Positions 27,664 to 39,608 are shown, numbered from the stretch's first letter. The stretch: DNA of 64,000 nt from Alphaproteobacteria bacterium (GCA_965225945.1 CBDDBZ010000033.1:1-64000); one strand, 5' to 3'. Program-made: numbers and translations. Notes: generated by a model from the letters alone, not told the origin.

Positions 27664-29334
27664 CTATCGCTTGCCCTCGATAATCACCTCGACGAGGCGT
27701 GGGCCTCCGGCGTCGAAGGCCTCGCGGACCGCGTCCGCCAGCTCGTTCGGTTTGGTGATCCGTCGGCCGGGGACGCCCATGCCCCGCGCCAGCTCGACGA
27801 AGCCCAGCTCCGGCGGTGCCAGGTCCATGTGCGGATAGCCTTGGTTGGAGAGCACATCGAAGCGCTGGCGATAGGCGTCGATGTTGTGCTTCAGGACGCG
27901 ATATTCCCCGTTGGCCAGGATCACGAAGACGATGGCGAGATCATGGTGCGCCGCCGTCCACAGTGCCTGGATCGAATACATCGCCGAGCCGTCGCCAGAA
28001 ATCGTCAGGACCGGACGGCTAGGTTGCGCGAGCTTGACGCCGAGGGCACCGGCGAGCCCCTGACCGATGCCGCCGCCGCGCCCGCTGAAATAGTCGCCCG
28101 GTGCCCTGAACGAGAAGGCCTGGGCCAAGTCCTGGTTGGCGGTGATGGATTCGTCGACGACGACGACATCTTCCGGCGCTCCGGCGCGAACTTCCGCCAT
28201 GGCGCGGGCCATTGATATCGGGTCGCGATCCCAGCCGCGTTTCAGACGGCCCTCGTAGGCGGCACGCGCCTCGTCCCGCCGGGAGGCGTGCTCGGCGTTG
28301 CGCGCCTCGGCGCCGGCCCGGTAGCCCGCGTCCCGGCCGGCCACGAGCGCGTCGACGAGGGCACCCAATCCGGCCGCGAGATCGCCAAGCATGCCCACCT
28401 CGAGGGTATGATTGAAGCCGAGGCGGGCCGGCGAGGTCTCCATCTGGATCAGCTTCACCCCCGCTGGGAACGGTTCGCCCGGCGCGAACCAGACCTCTTC
28501 GAAAAACGGTCCGCCGAGCAGAAGCACGACGTCTGTGTCGGCGAACGCCTCGGCGATGCCCGCCGCGTCGAAGCCGAGCGCGCCCCTGGAATTCGGATGG
28601 TCCGTCGGGAAAGACGCGTGGTGGCGCAGCCCCTCGTGCCAGACGGCGGCGCCGGTCGCCTCCGCGAGCCGCTGGGCCGCCTCGTCGCCAGCACCGCGCG
28701 CGACGTCGTCACCGACCACGATTGCCGGCCGGCCGGCGTCCAGCAGCAGCCGCGCCGCCGCCTCGACGGCGCTCGCCTGCGGCGCCGGTAGGCGCTGGAG
28801 CGGGCCCGCCGTGGTCGCCTCGATTTCCGTTTCCGCGGCCATCACGTCGATCGGCAGCGCCACGAAGACGGGGCCGGCGGGCGGGTCGGTGGCAACCTTG
28901 AAGGCGCGGCGCAGGAGCGGCCCCAGCTCGTCGGCGCGCTCGGCCTGCGTGCTCCACTTGCTCACCGGCGCGGCGATGGCGGCGAGGTCGTGGCCCAGCA
29001 GCGGCTCGCGCAGGCGCATCCGAGTATCCTGCTGGCCCGCCGTCACCAGCATCGGCGAATTGGCCTTGAGGGCGCCGTAGATCATGCCCACGGCGTTGCC
29101 GAGGCCGGGTGCCACATGCAGGTTGACCACGGCCGTCTTGCCGCTCGCCTGGGCGTAAAAACTGGCGGCGCCCACCGCCACGCCTTCGTGCAGCGCGGTG
29201 ATGTAGCGAATAGCCGGATACTCCGGCAGCGCGTCGATCAGCGGGCTTTCCGTGGTGCCCGGATTGCCGAAGATGTGATCGACGCCGTGCGCCAAAAGGC
29301 TCTCCAGCAACACCTGTCGGCCACGTTTCGCCAT
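27664..29334 (-). CDS. ThDP-dependent enzyme, benzoylformate decarboxylase-like
   Basis: IFGNPGTTE, NLHVAPGLGN, GDGSAMYSIQALWTAA..N. Confidence 0.9.
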   Translation of the reverse strand: MAKRGRQVLLESLLAHGVDHIFGNPGTTESPLIDALPEYPAIRYITALHEGVAVGAASFYAQASGKTAVVNLHVAPGLGNAVGMIYGALKANSPMLVTAGQQDTRMRLREPLLGHDLAAIAAPVSKWSTQAERADELGPLLRRAFKVATDPPAGPVFVALPIDVMAAETEIEATTAGPLQRLPAPQASAVEAAARLLLDAGRPAIVVGDDVARGAGDEAAQRLAEATGAAVWHEGLRHHASFPTDHPNSRGALGFDAAGIAEAFADTDVVLLLGGPFFEEVWFAPGEPFPAGVKLIQMETSPARLGFNHTLEVGMLGDLAAGLGALVDALVAGRDAGYRAGAEARNAEHASRRDEARAAYEGRLKRGWDRDPISMARAMAEVRAGAPEDVVVVDESITANQDLAQAFSFRAPGDYFSGRGGGIGQGLAGALGVKLAQPSRPVLTISGDGSAMYSIQALWTAAHHDLAIVFVILANGEYRVLKHNIDAYRQRFDVLSNQGYPHMDLAPPELGFVELARGMGVPGRRITKPNELADAVREAFDAGGPRLVEVIIEGKR

Positions 29335-29408
29335 CGTCGTCCTCCCGTGTTCGAACTCGGGCGGGATCATAGACCGGGGTGGCGCGCCGCGTCAGGGCCA
29401 GGGAGTTT

Positions 29409-29900
29409 TCACCGATCCACTTCGTAGGCTAGGTCGGCGGGCGAAATCAGCACGTTGAACTGGGCGCACCAGACCACGACGCTCGGGTAGTTCGCCAGAT
29501 CGACGCCGGCGGGAACGGCATACTTCTGGCTGCCCTTGAAGGCCCTGAGGCGGCCGAGGTCGACGAACATCGTGCCCTCGACGTCGGCGCTCTGCCGGAT
29601 CGTCTCCTTGGGCACCAGGTAGAGGTGGAACTTGGGCCCCGGCCGCACCTCGAAGTCCGCCTCGAGATGCATCAATCCTTCGTAGACGGCGAGCTTGCCC
29701 TTGCCATGGTGGATCGGGTCGGACGGGTTGGCGTGAAGGAAGCCGCCCCGGGCGACGAGCCGGCTCCGCTCTTCCGCCGTCAAGGTCTCCATCGCCTCGG
29801 GCGGCGGGAAGACGTAGGGGAAGGCGAAGAAGCCGACGGCCACGCCGAACGCCGTACCGAAAACGCCGCCGAGCAGAAACATCGTCGCGGATCGCGACAT
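29409..29900 (-). CDS. DM13-domain protein
   Basis: PGPKFHLYLV, DLGRLRAFKGSQKYAVP, VVVWCAQFNV. Confidence 0.85.
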   Translation of the reverse strand: MSRSATMFLLGGVFGTAFGVAVGFFAFPYVFPPPEAMETLTAEERSRLVARGGFLHANPSDPIHHGKGKLAVYEGLMHLEADFEVRPGPKFHLYLVPKETIRQSADVEGTMFVDLGRLRAFKGSQKYAVPAGVDLANYPSVVVWCAQFNVLISPADLAYEVDR

Positions 29901-30077
29901 CGCAATTCTCCTTCGCGTGGCGGCCGCTCGCGTGGCGGCCGTCGGCCATCGCGCGCGGCCTTCGCGAAACGCCGAGCGTGGGGGATTGTCCGACGACCGG
30001 CTGTTGATTCACAAGCCGTTGAATGATCCTGGCGCCCCGGCGCCGGTGTGATAATCTCGGGCCGAAGGACGCGTGGT

Positions 30078-30509
30078 ATGAGCGAATTGGATTTCGGCGC
30101 CCTCAGGGCATTGATCGTCGACGACGAGATGTTCTCGCGCAAAGTGTTGTCCCAGGTGTTGAACCGCGTCGGCATCCGCGACGTCGTCGATGCCGAGGGC
30201 GGCGCCGAGGCCTTGGACAAGCTGAGCGAACTCGCGGATCAACGATTGGACCTCATCGTCGCGGACATCCGGATGCCGGACATGGATGGATACGAACTCA
30301 CGCGCCGTATCCGCTATGGCACGGTCGCGGCTCACAAGGACGTGGCGATCGTGATTTTGAGCGGTGACTTATCGGACGAGAATCTGCGCCACGCGCGGAC
30401 CCACAAGATCGACGCCTTGGTGGCCAAGCCCGCGTCGGTCGACGTGCTGAAGCTGGAGATTCTGGAGGCAATAAAGCGGGCGGAGGCCCGCCAGAAGTCC
30501 ACCGGATAG
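30078..30509 (+). CDS. Single-domain response regulator (CheY-like)
   Basis: LIVDDE, DLIVADIRMPDMDGYEL, VAKP. Confidence 0.88.
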   Translation: MSELDFGALRALIVDDEMFSRKVLSQVLNRVGIRDVVDAEGGAEALDKLSELADQRLDLIVADIRMPDMDGYELTRRIRYGTVAAHKDVAIVILSGDLSDENLRHARTHKIDALVAKPASVDVLKLEILEAIKRAEARQKSTG

Positions 30510-30687
30510 CCGCCGACGTCCCGGGCCGGTCCTCGCCACCTTGTGTTAGTCTTCCCTGGCCGTTGATGGAAACATTGGAGAGTGAAGCCTCGGAGCTCGC
30601 TTGGGATGATATCGAGGCGATGGAAGCCGACATCGCGGGCGAGTTCGAGCGCTTCAAGGCGCACTACGAAGCGAGTGGAGGCGGGGG

Positions 30688-31581
30688 ATGACGAGAGCGA
30701 CGGCGACCACCACGCGGCTCCGCGAATTGCTGGGCGCCGGCAGCTTCCTGCACCTGCCGTCGGTCCATGACCCGATCACCGCGCGCCTGGTCCAGGACGC
30801 CGGTTTCGAGGCGACCTATGTCGGCGGCTATGTCTCCGGCGCCTCGCGGGCGATCACCGAGCCGCTGCTGACCATGACCGAGCAGGTGGCGATCGCCCAG
30901 GAGGCGGCGGCGAGCGTCACCATCCCCGTCCTGGCCGACGCCGGCGCCGGTTTCGGCGAGCCCTTGCACACCATGCGCACGGTACGCGCCTTCGCCGCCG
31001 CCGGCATCGCCGGCATCCATATCGAGGACCAGCTCTATCCCAAGCGCGCGCACTATCACAAATACCAGGTGCACGCCGTGCCGATGGACGAGTTCGTCGC
31101 CAAGATCCGCTATGCCTGCCGGGCCCGCGACGAAGTCGATCCGGACTTCGTGATCATCGCCCGCACCGACACCTGCCGCGAGCTCGGTCTGGCCGAGGCC
31201 TCGGAGCGGATCAACCGCGCCGCCGAGGCCGGCGCCGACTTGGGGCTGTTGTTTCCACGTTCGGCGGAGGAGGCGGCGGAGGCGCCCCGCGTCTGCGACC
31301 TGCCCTTGGTCTATGTGCAGAGCCGGGGCAACCGCGACGGTCGCCCGCTGTTCGGCCGGGACGAACTCGCGGGGCTGGGCTACGTCGCCTCGATCGACGC
31401 CCTGGTGGTGCTCGCCACCGCCTTCGCCGCCCAGCGCGAGATGCTGGCGGAATTGCGCCGGACCGGCGACGTCACCGGCCTCTCGCCCGCGGACTTCACC
31501 CGCGCCCGCCAGCAGATCGAGGACATCATCGGCCTCGACGGCTATTACCGAATCGAGGCCGAGACGGTGGAGACGGGGTGA
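30688..31581 (+). CDS. Isocitrate lyase / PEP mutase family (PrpB-like)
   Basis: LADAGAGFG, GIHIEDQLYPKR, VIIARTD. Confidence 0.88.
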   Translation: MTRATATTTRLRELLGAGSFLHLPSVHDPITARLVQDAGFEATYVGGYVSGASRAITEPLLTMTEQVAIAQEAAASVTIPVLADAGAGFGEPLHTMRTVRAFAAAGIAGIHIEDQLYPKRAHYHKYQVHAVPMDEFVAKIRYACRARDEVDPDFVIIARTDTCRELGLAEASERINRAAEAGADLGLLFPRSAEEAAEAPRVCDLPLVYVQSRGNRDGRPLFGRDELAGLGYVASIDALVVLATAFAAQREMLAELRRTGDVTGLSPADFTRARQQIEDIIGLDGYYRIEAETVETG

Positions 31582-31841
31582 GGGGTGACTCGCAGGGGGT
31601 GACGACCATCTTGCAAATCCGACCGAGATTTTCGGGTTCTGGGGTTGCCCATGGAGCTGTCGTGTGATTGGCGGAGTCTTCGCATTCTAAGGTCTGGACG
31701 GCGAAATCGCCGCGTTCGCGGGATCCAGCGGCGCGGGTCCCCGGGAGAAGACGTTCTGGAATCCGCGCTTCGACAGATGCGTCGCCACCGTGGCGCTGCT
31801 CACCGCCCATAGCGCCGCCCGGGTTTCTTCCCCAAGGGCGC

Positions 31842-33038
31842 TCATGGCGCGTCACCGGCGAGCAGGCCGCGCGCCGCGAGATTGCCGATCAGCCAGCCGA
31901 CGCCATGGCGCCACGGTCGGATGGCATCGGTGTGGTTGACCCGGTTGGCGAGCGCGCCGAGTTCGGCCGAGGAGATCACCACCACGTCGCCGAGGTGATG
32001 GGTGAAGCCCTGGCCCGGCGCGTCGCGATCCTTGGCTGGCGCGAACATGGTGCCGGTGAAGAGCAGCAGGCCGTCGGGGAACTGGTTGTGGGCGCCGATC
32101 GCTTGGCCCGCGAGGTCGGCGACGTCACGGCTGATCTCGGCCAGCGACGAGGCGCCGTCGAGAACGAAGCCGTCGCGTCCCTCGACCCTGAGTGCGATCT
32201 CCATCGCCCGGACCTCGTCGAGCCCGAAACTCTCGTCGAACAGACGGATGAAAGGACCGACGGCGCACGACGCGCGGTTGTCCTTCGCCTTGCCCAGGAG
32301 CAGCGCGCTCCGCCCCTCGAAATCGCGCAGATTGACGTCGTTGCCGAGGGTGGCGCCGACGATCTCGCCCGAGGGCGCGATCGCCAGCACGACCTCGGGT
32401 TCCGGATTGTTCCAGTTGGAGGTAGGCAGGATGCCGATCTCCTCCCCCGGACCGACCGCCGCCATCGGCTGTGCCTTGGTGAAGATCTCCGCGTCCGGGC
32501 CGATGCCGACCTCGAGATAGGGCGACCAGAGGCCGCGCTGCTGGAGGACCTGTTTGACCCGCAAGGCGTCGTCGGAGCCGGGCACGACGTCGCGCAGGTT
32601 GTCGCCGATCTGCTCGGCGATCTCGTGGCGGATCTCGACCGCGCGGTCGGGATCGCCCTTCGCCTGCTCCTCGATCACCCGCTCCAGCATGCTGGCGACG
32701 AAGGTGACGCCGCAGGCCTTGAGCGCCTGCAGATCGGACGGCGCCAGGAAGTGCGCCTTGTCCCGATCGCGACGATCATGGCGGCTCTCCGCCAACAGCT
32801 CGGCGACGTCGCCGAGGCGCGGCCCCCTCGCCGCGCGCACGCGAAGCGCCGGCGCTTTCAGGGACAGCAGGCCGGCCAAGGTCGGCGCCAGGGCGGAGAG
32901 ATCGACGACAGCCTCCCCGTCCACACACACCGGAACCGGCCCGCCCGGTCGGCCCGGCGCCCACGCCCGGCCGACCAGACATGCGGCGGCGGCGTCCGTC
33001 GGCAGAACCGTTTCGGGGCTCAGATCCATCTCGCGCAT
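31842..33038 (-). CDS. Fumarylacetoacetate hydrolase family protein
   Basis: KACGVTF, AEIFTK, WNNPEPEV, TLGNDVNLRDFEGRSALLLGKAKDN. Confidence 0.9.
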   Translation of the reverse strand: MREMDLSPETVLPTDAAAACLVGRAWAPGRPGGPVPVCVDGEAVVDLSALAPTLAGLLSLKAPALRVRAARGPRLGDVAELLAESRHDRRDRDKAHFLAPSDLQALKACGVTFVASMLERVIEEQAKGDPDRAVEIRHEIAEQIGDNLRDVVPGSDDALRVKQVLQQRGLWSPYLEVGIGPDAEIFTKAQPMAAVGPGEEIGILPTSNWNNPEPEVVLAIAPSGEIVGATLGNDVNLRDFEGRSALLLGKAKDNRASCAVGPFIRLFDESFGLDEVRAMEIALRVEGRDGFVLDGASSLAEISRDVADLAGQAIGAHNQFPDGLLLFTGTMFAPAKDRDAPGQGFTHHLGDVVVISSAELGALANRVNHTDAIRPWRHGVGWLIGNLAARGLLAGDAP

Positions 33039-33068
33039 GGCGTTCTCCCGCCGCTGTCTCGGCCCACA

Positions 33069-34190
33069 CTAGGGCTTCTTCGGTCGATCCGCCTTCAGGC
33101 GATGCAACAGAGCCCGGGTGAGAACCCCGTCCCGGGCCAGGCTCTTCTCGCCCTGATAGGCGGCGAGCGCGCGGCGCGTCTCGGGCCCGAGCCTGCCGTC
33201 GAGCTCGCCCGGCCGGTAGCCGAGCGCCAGCAGCGCCACCTGGGCGAAAACCACCGAAGGCGGGTCGTCCACCGGCGCGTCGTCCCCCGCCGCCTCCGGT
33301 ACCGGCCAGGGCCGCCAGGCGCGCCAGCGTTCGATGGCCCGCTCGAGCTCGCCCTCGGCCATCATCTCCTCGACGACGCGGAGCAGCCGGTCGGCGTCGC
33401 CGAGGCCGGAATGCGAGGCGACGGAAAGCCAGACATGGGCCGCCACCAAGTTTCGCGGCACGCCCAAGCCGCCGAGGTGGAAGAGCCCGACCTTGTATTG
33501 CGCGCCGGCGAGGCCGAGCCCGGCGGCGCGCGCATACCAGCGGGCCGCCCAGGCGCGGTCGCGTTCGCCGTGCCAGCCGTCGCTGTAGGCATCGCCGCTG
33601 AGGTATTGGGCATGGGCTTGGTTCTGCTCCGCCGCGGCCTCCAGCCATTCGACCGCCTTGATCTCGTCCCTGGGCACGCCCCGGCCCAGGTGATAGGCGA
33701 TGCCGAGCAGATACTGCGCCTCCGCGTTGCCGCGCGCCGCCGCGCGCTGGAACCAACGCGCGCCCTTGGTCGGATTCAGCTGCCGGCCATCGCCCCGGTA
33801 GTAGGCGCGGCCGGTCAGCAACTGGGCTTCGATATGGCCGGCGCGGGCGGCGCGCTCGTACCAGTCCATCGCCAGCTTTTCGTCCCGGACGACGCCGAGG
33901 CCCTCCTCGCGGAGGCGCGCGACCAGGAAGGTGGAATCGCCGTGGCCCCGGTCGGCGGCGCCGCGAAGCAACTGGTAGGCGGCTTCCGGATCGCGCGGCA
34001 CGCCGTCGCCGTTCAGGTAGCGTAGCGCCAGTCGGAACTCCGTGGTGGCGTCGCTCACGGCCGACGGGGGATCGGGGTACCATGACCACTCGCCGCTCGG
34101 CGCCTCCTCGCCCAAGCAACCGGCGAGCCAACAGACGGCGGCGGAGGCGGCGATCAGACGGCGGGCGATGACGAAATCCGGGCCCGGCAT
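33069..34190 (-). CDS. Sel1-repeat lipoprotein with C-terminal peptidoglycan-binding domain
   Basis: LAGC lipobox; about six Sel1 repeats (AQYLLGIAYHLGRGVPRD); QVALLALGY..DGRLGPETRRALAAYQ. Confidence 0.85.
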   Translation of the reverse strand: MPGPDFVIARRLIAASAAVCWLAGCLGEEAPSGEWSWYPDPPSAVSDATTEFRLALRYLNGDGVPRDPEAAYQLLRGAADRGHGDSTFLVARLREEGLGVVRDEKLAMDWYERAARAGHIEAQLLTGRAYYRGDGRQLNPTKGARWFQRAAARGNAEAQYLLGIAYHLGRGVPRDEIKAVEWLEAAAEQNQAHAQYLSGDAYSDGWHGERDRAWAARWYARAAGLGLAGAQYKVGLFHLGGLGVPRNLVAAHVWLSVASHSGLGDADRLLRVVEEMMAEGELERAIERWRAWRPWPVPEAAGDDAPVDDPPSVVFAQVALLALGYRPGELDGRLGPETRRALAAYQGEKSLARDGVLTRALLHRLKADRPKKP

Positions 34191-34263
34191 GGCGCGAGTT
34201 TCTCGAATTCTCTCTCGCCAGACAACCGTCGCTTCCGGGAAGGCGACGCGAGCCCGCCGTCGT

Positions 34264-34344
34264 TTGAGCGCCGGGCCCCTTCGCGCTATCGTGGCTGCCC
34301 GCGCGGCAACGGCCGGGGGACGAATTTCGGGGGGGGGGGGGGGG
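34264..34344 (+). promoter_or_regulatory. Putative sigma70 promoter followed by a G16 tract upstream of the glycosyltransferase
   Basis: TTGAGC (34264)-17 bp-TATCGT (34287); G run at 34329-34344, 9 nt before the GTG at 34354. Confidence 0.5.
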
Positions 34345-34353
34345 TAGACGAGA

Positions 34354-35295
34354 GTGACGGCAAGGGATTGCACCCCCGAGTCCGCCGACGGCGAGGCGGA
34401 GCAGCCACGTCTCGCGGTGGTGATACCGGCCTACAACGAAGAGCATGGCGTGGGCGAATCACTGCCGAGCCTGCTTCGGGCGTTGGCAGGCGGAATGCCG
34501 CCCGCCGAGGTTATTGTCGTCGATGATGGCTCGCGCGACGACACCGCGCGCGCGAGCGAGCGGTTGCTGGCGGAGCACGCCGATGCACGGCTGTTGCGAC
34601 ACGACGAAAACCGAGGCTATGGCGCCGCCCTCAAGACCGGGATTCTGGCGACCGAGGCCGAGCTGATCGCGATCACCGATGCCGACGGTACCTATCCGAG
34701 CGACCGGCTGCCGGAACTCTGCGCCAAGCTGGTGGCGGAGGGCCATGACATGGTGGTCGGGGCACGGACTGGCGCCAACGTCTCCATCCCGCTGGTTCGC
34801 CGGCCGGTGAAATGGGTGCTCGCCCGCCTGATCGACGTGATCGCCGATGCGCGCGTGCCGGATGCAAATTCGGGGCTTCGGGTGTTTCGCCGCGACGTGG
34901 TGCTACGCTTCCTGCCGCTCTTGCCCGACGGCTTCTCCTTCACCACGACGATCACCCTCGCCATGCTGGTCAACGGCTATCGGGTCGCTTTCGTGCCGAT
35001 CGACTATCACCACCGGGTCGGCCGCTCGAAGATCTCGCCCGTCCGCGACACGCTGCGCTTCGTCCGCCTGATCGTCATGGTCGGGCTCTATTTCGCGCCG
35101 CTCCGCGTCTTCATACCGTTCGCCGGGTTCCTGTTTCTGCTCGCGGTCCTCTGGGCGCTGGTGAGTTATTTCCTGTTGGGCGAGCTCGCCGACGTCTCGA
35201 CCCTGGTGATCGTCATGGCCTCGGTACAGGTGGCGAGCCTCGGACTCCTGGCCGAACTGATCAACCGCCGGCTCCACAACGACCTCGAGCACTGA
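34354..35295 (+). CDS. GT2 glycosyltransferase (polyprenol-phosphate glycosyltransferase-like)
   Basis: VIPAYNEE, VVDDGSRD, NRGYGAALKTG, ITDADGTY, PDANSGLR; two C-terminal TMs. Confidence 0.9.
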   Translation: MTARDCTPESADGEAEQPRLAVVIPAYNEEHGVGESLPSLLRALAGGMPPAEVIVVDDGSRDDTARASERLLAEHADARLLRHDENRGYGAALKTGILATEAELIAITDADGTYPSDRLPELCAKLVAEGHDMVVGARTGANVSIPLVRRPVKWVLARLIDVIADARVPDANSGLRVFRRDVVLRFLPLLPDGFSFTTTITLAMLVNGYRVAFVPIDYHHRVGRSKISPVRDTLRFVRLIVMVGLYFAPLRVFIPFAGFLFLLAVLWALVSYFLLGELADVSTLVIVMASVQVASLGLLAELINRRLHNDLEH

Positions 35296-35301
35296 ACGTC
35301 A

Positions 35302-36966
35302 TTATTTCGGGCCGTAAAGGCGGAAGGGACCCGGCCGTTCGACTTCCGCGACTATTCGATAGTCGCGCTTCAGCGCCGCCATGAAGGGGCCGAGTAGCGG
35401 GCTCGGCGCCCGCTCGGCCCGGCCGGCCAACAGGATATAGTCCATGCGCCGCCCGGCGACGGGGTCGTTGAAGCGTTCCAGCGCCGGCACCGCCAGCACA
35501 TGGGCCACGCCGTCGTCGGGCATGGCGGTCATGTAGTTGTGCAGGTCCATCTCCGGGCGGTAGTGGACCGGGAAATTACGTGAATGGGCCTGATAGGCGT
35601 TGAGGAAGACGATGCCGCGCGCCGCCCCGGCGTAGCCCGCGTGATGCAGCAGCGGATTCGCTCGCCACGAGGGATCGGGCTCGCCGGGCGGGCTCTCGAG
35701 CGGGCCGACGAAGAGCGTGTAGAGCGTGCTGTTCGCCGCCATCTCGTCGAACAGGGTGTCGAGCGAAAGGCGATAGGCGTCGATCTCGCGATATTGGACG
35801 TTTCGATGGATCGGCAGCGCCAGCGCGAGGACGAACAGCGCGGCGGTCATCGTTCGCTGGAAGCTGGCGCTCATCGCCCGCGAGGCGAGCCAGAGCGCCA
35901 GCGTGATGTGGATATAAGGCTGCAGCCGGTGCATCAGCATGCCGCCACCGCCGAAATCCAGCGGTACGGCGAAGAACAGCGCCACCAAGACGGCGAAGGC
36001 GAACAGCAGGCGGTGATCGCCCTGCTCCTCGCGCCGGCCGAGCCGAAGATAGCGATAGACCATCAACACGATGGCGATCAGCAGACCTGAGGCGAACGGC
36101 AGATCAATCTTGCCATAAGCGACGACATAGCTTTGCGACAGCAGGAGATAGAGCCGGTAGGCGAGGCCCGAGCCGTCGTGGAACGGGCTTGCCGGCGTCT
36201 GCTGGCTGTAGGCCACGAAGGCCAGGATCGCCACCGCCGTCGGCAACAGCGCGAGAGCGGGGGGAAGCGCGTGGCGGCGAAAGCCGGCGACCCAGGAAAT
36301 CGCCTCGCCGTCGGCCCCGCGCCGGAGCGTGATCCAGCGCCAGAGCCCCGAGAGCCCGACGATGGTGACGATCGCCATCGCCGCGAAGATGTGGGTCGCG
36401 TAACCGAGGAGCGCGGCGAGCCCGAGCCAGAGCCAGTCGCGAAGCCGCGCCCGAGCCTCCGCCCGGAAGTACGCCGCAATTGCGATCAAAGCGGCGATTT
36501 GACCGTAGCAGTAGTTGTAGAAGCCGAAGTGGAACAACATACCGTAGCCGATCGGCAGGATCAGCAGAACGGCGATCCAGGCCTGCGCGCCCAGCGCCCG
36601 CGCGCAGAACCAGGTCGCGAGCGGCAGGCCCAGGAGATAGCCGCTGATCAGAATCTTCTCCGCGACCTGGGGCGAGGCGAGCTCCAGCAGCCAGCGCAGA
36701 AACACGAAGATCGTGAGGTTGGGCACCGGCCGCCATTCGGTGGTGAAGTAGGCGCGGAAAGCCTCGAAGGCGGGCGCGTCGTAAAACGCGACCACGGCGG
36801 CCATGAAGACGTGAATGGCGCCGTCCCCGGTCGGTGGCGGCAGGTCGGGAAGCCAGACCGGACCCATCAGCGCCAGGGCGAGAACGGCCGCGCCCGCCGG
36901 CGCGAGCCAGGACGAGCGAAATTCGTCCGCTGTCTTCCCCTCGGGCGGGGATGTTGGCGTGGTCAT
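35302..36966 (-). CDS. Polytopic membrane protein, possibly a GT-C-fold glycosyltransferase
   Basis: Many TM segments; PPTGDGAIH, FGFYNY, ATH motifs; convergent with the GT2 gene. Confidence 0.55.
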   Translation of the reverse strand: MTTPTSPPEGKTADEFRSSWLAPAGAAVLALALMGPVWLPDLPPPTGDGAIHVFMAAVVAFYDAPAFEAFRAYFTTEWRPVPNLTIFVFLRWLLELASPQVAEKILISGYLLGLPLATWFCARALGAQAWIAVLLILPIGYGMLFHFGFYNYCYGQIAALIAIAAYFRAEARARLRDWLWLGLAALLGYATHIFAAMAIVTIVGLSGLWRWITLRRGADGEAISWVAGFRRHALPPALALLPTAVAILAFVAYSQQTPASPFHDGSGLAYRLYLLLSQSYVVAYGKIDLPFASGLLIAIVLMVYRYLRLGRREEQGDHRLLFAFAVLVALFFAVPLDFGGGGMLMHRLQPYIHITLALWLASRAMSASFQRTMTAALFVLALALPIHRNVQYREIDAYRLSLDTLFDEMAANSTLYTLFVGPLESPPGEPDPSWRANPLLHHAGYAGAARGIVFLNAYQAHSRNFPVHYRPEMDLHNYMTAMPDDGVAHVLAVPALERFNDPVAGRRMDYILLAGRAERAPSPLLGPFMAALKRDYRIVAEVERPGPFRLYGPK

Positions 36967-37044
36967 GCGGGATCCCTCGCCGACGTCGACCAGACGTCGC
37001 CGGGCGAAGTCTATCGGGCGCTCTTCGGGCTGCCATCCGTTCGG

Positions 37045-37164
37045 CATGGTATCACGACGGCATTTACGTAGGACGTTGAAAAGGTTGTAGTGATTCACCC
37101 ATTCACTCCACGACGAGTCAAGAGGGAAATCATGCGAGCAACCCGATCAACGCCCTGCGTGAGA
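37045..37164 (+). mobile_element. Truncated left end of the IS4 element
   Basis: Matches 11786-11903 with small indels. Confidence 0.8.
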
Positions 37165-37289
37165 TCCGAATCCGAATGGAACGAACCGGTGCGGTTTCAT
37201 CCGTTCGGATAAAGTTGCTCTATTTTTCAATAAGTATAGAGTAGCCCGAGATCGCGCGCCTGAAGGGACTTTCCGCTCGGCCGGATATC

Positions 37290-37472
37290 ACGCCGAGCGG
37301 GATGGACAGGAAAGCCCGTGCGCTGGCGAAGGCGGGCCGGGCCGCCGACAAGGCCAGTCGCGGGGCCGAGTTGGGCCGGGTTTCGATTGACCAGAAATGG
37401 CTCGTCGAGATCGCCGCGCCGGCGGGCTCGCGCTTCAAGGGCGATGCGGATTATCTCATCCAGGACCTCATC
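37290..37472 (+). pseudogene. Transposase remnant (IS66-like)
   Basis: PSGMDRK..APAGSRFKGDADYLIQDLI resembles a transposase segment recalled from alphaproteobacteria. Confidence 0.45.
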
Positions 37473-37569
37473 CGCCTGCCGCCCGCCTCTCACGCCCCTT
37501 CCCGAGACACGCTCCTTGAAAGTCCGAAAATCCTTTAAGAACAAATCTTTAGCGACCCATTTCAAACTG

Positions 37570-37628
37570 CTTGACAGCTCGGAGCGATGCCGATATACCG
37601 CCTAGCACTCACATTCCGAGAGTGCTAG
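37570..37628 (+). promoter_or_regulatory. groESL promoter and CIRCE (HrcA operator)
   Basis: TTGACA (37571)-17 bp-TATACC; CTAGCACTC-N9-GAGTGCTAG at 37602-37628. Confidence 0.9.
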
Positions 37629-37668
37629 CAGCGATGTTGGCGAGAAACAGTCGAGTGGAGGATCAACC

Positions 37669-39608
<1,940 letters not shown>

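Noticed and set aside
31627-31645. 19-bp match to the 3' end of IS630 type C (11706-11724)
   Set aside because: No terminal TA end, partner repeat or flanking similarity; remnant or coincidence cannot be told apart
37165-37222. Small palindromic element ending GCTCTA, with catccgttcgg repeated at 37034 and 37198
   Set aside because: Boundaries are obscured by the IS4 fragment and there is a single copy here, so it cannot be defined
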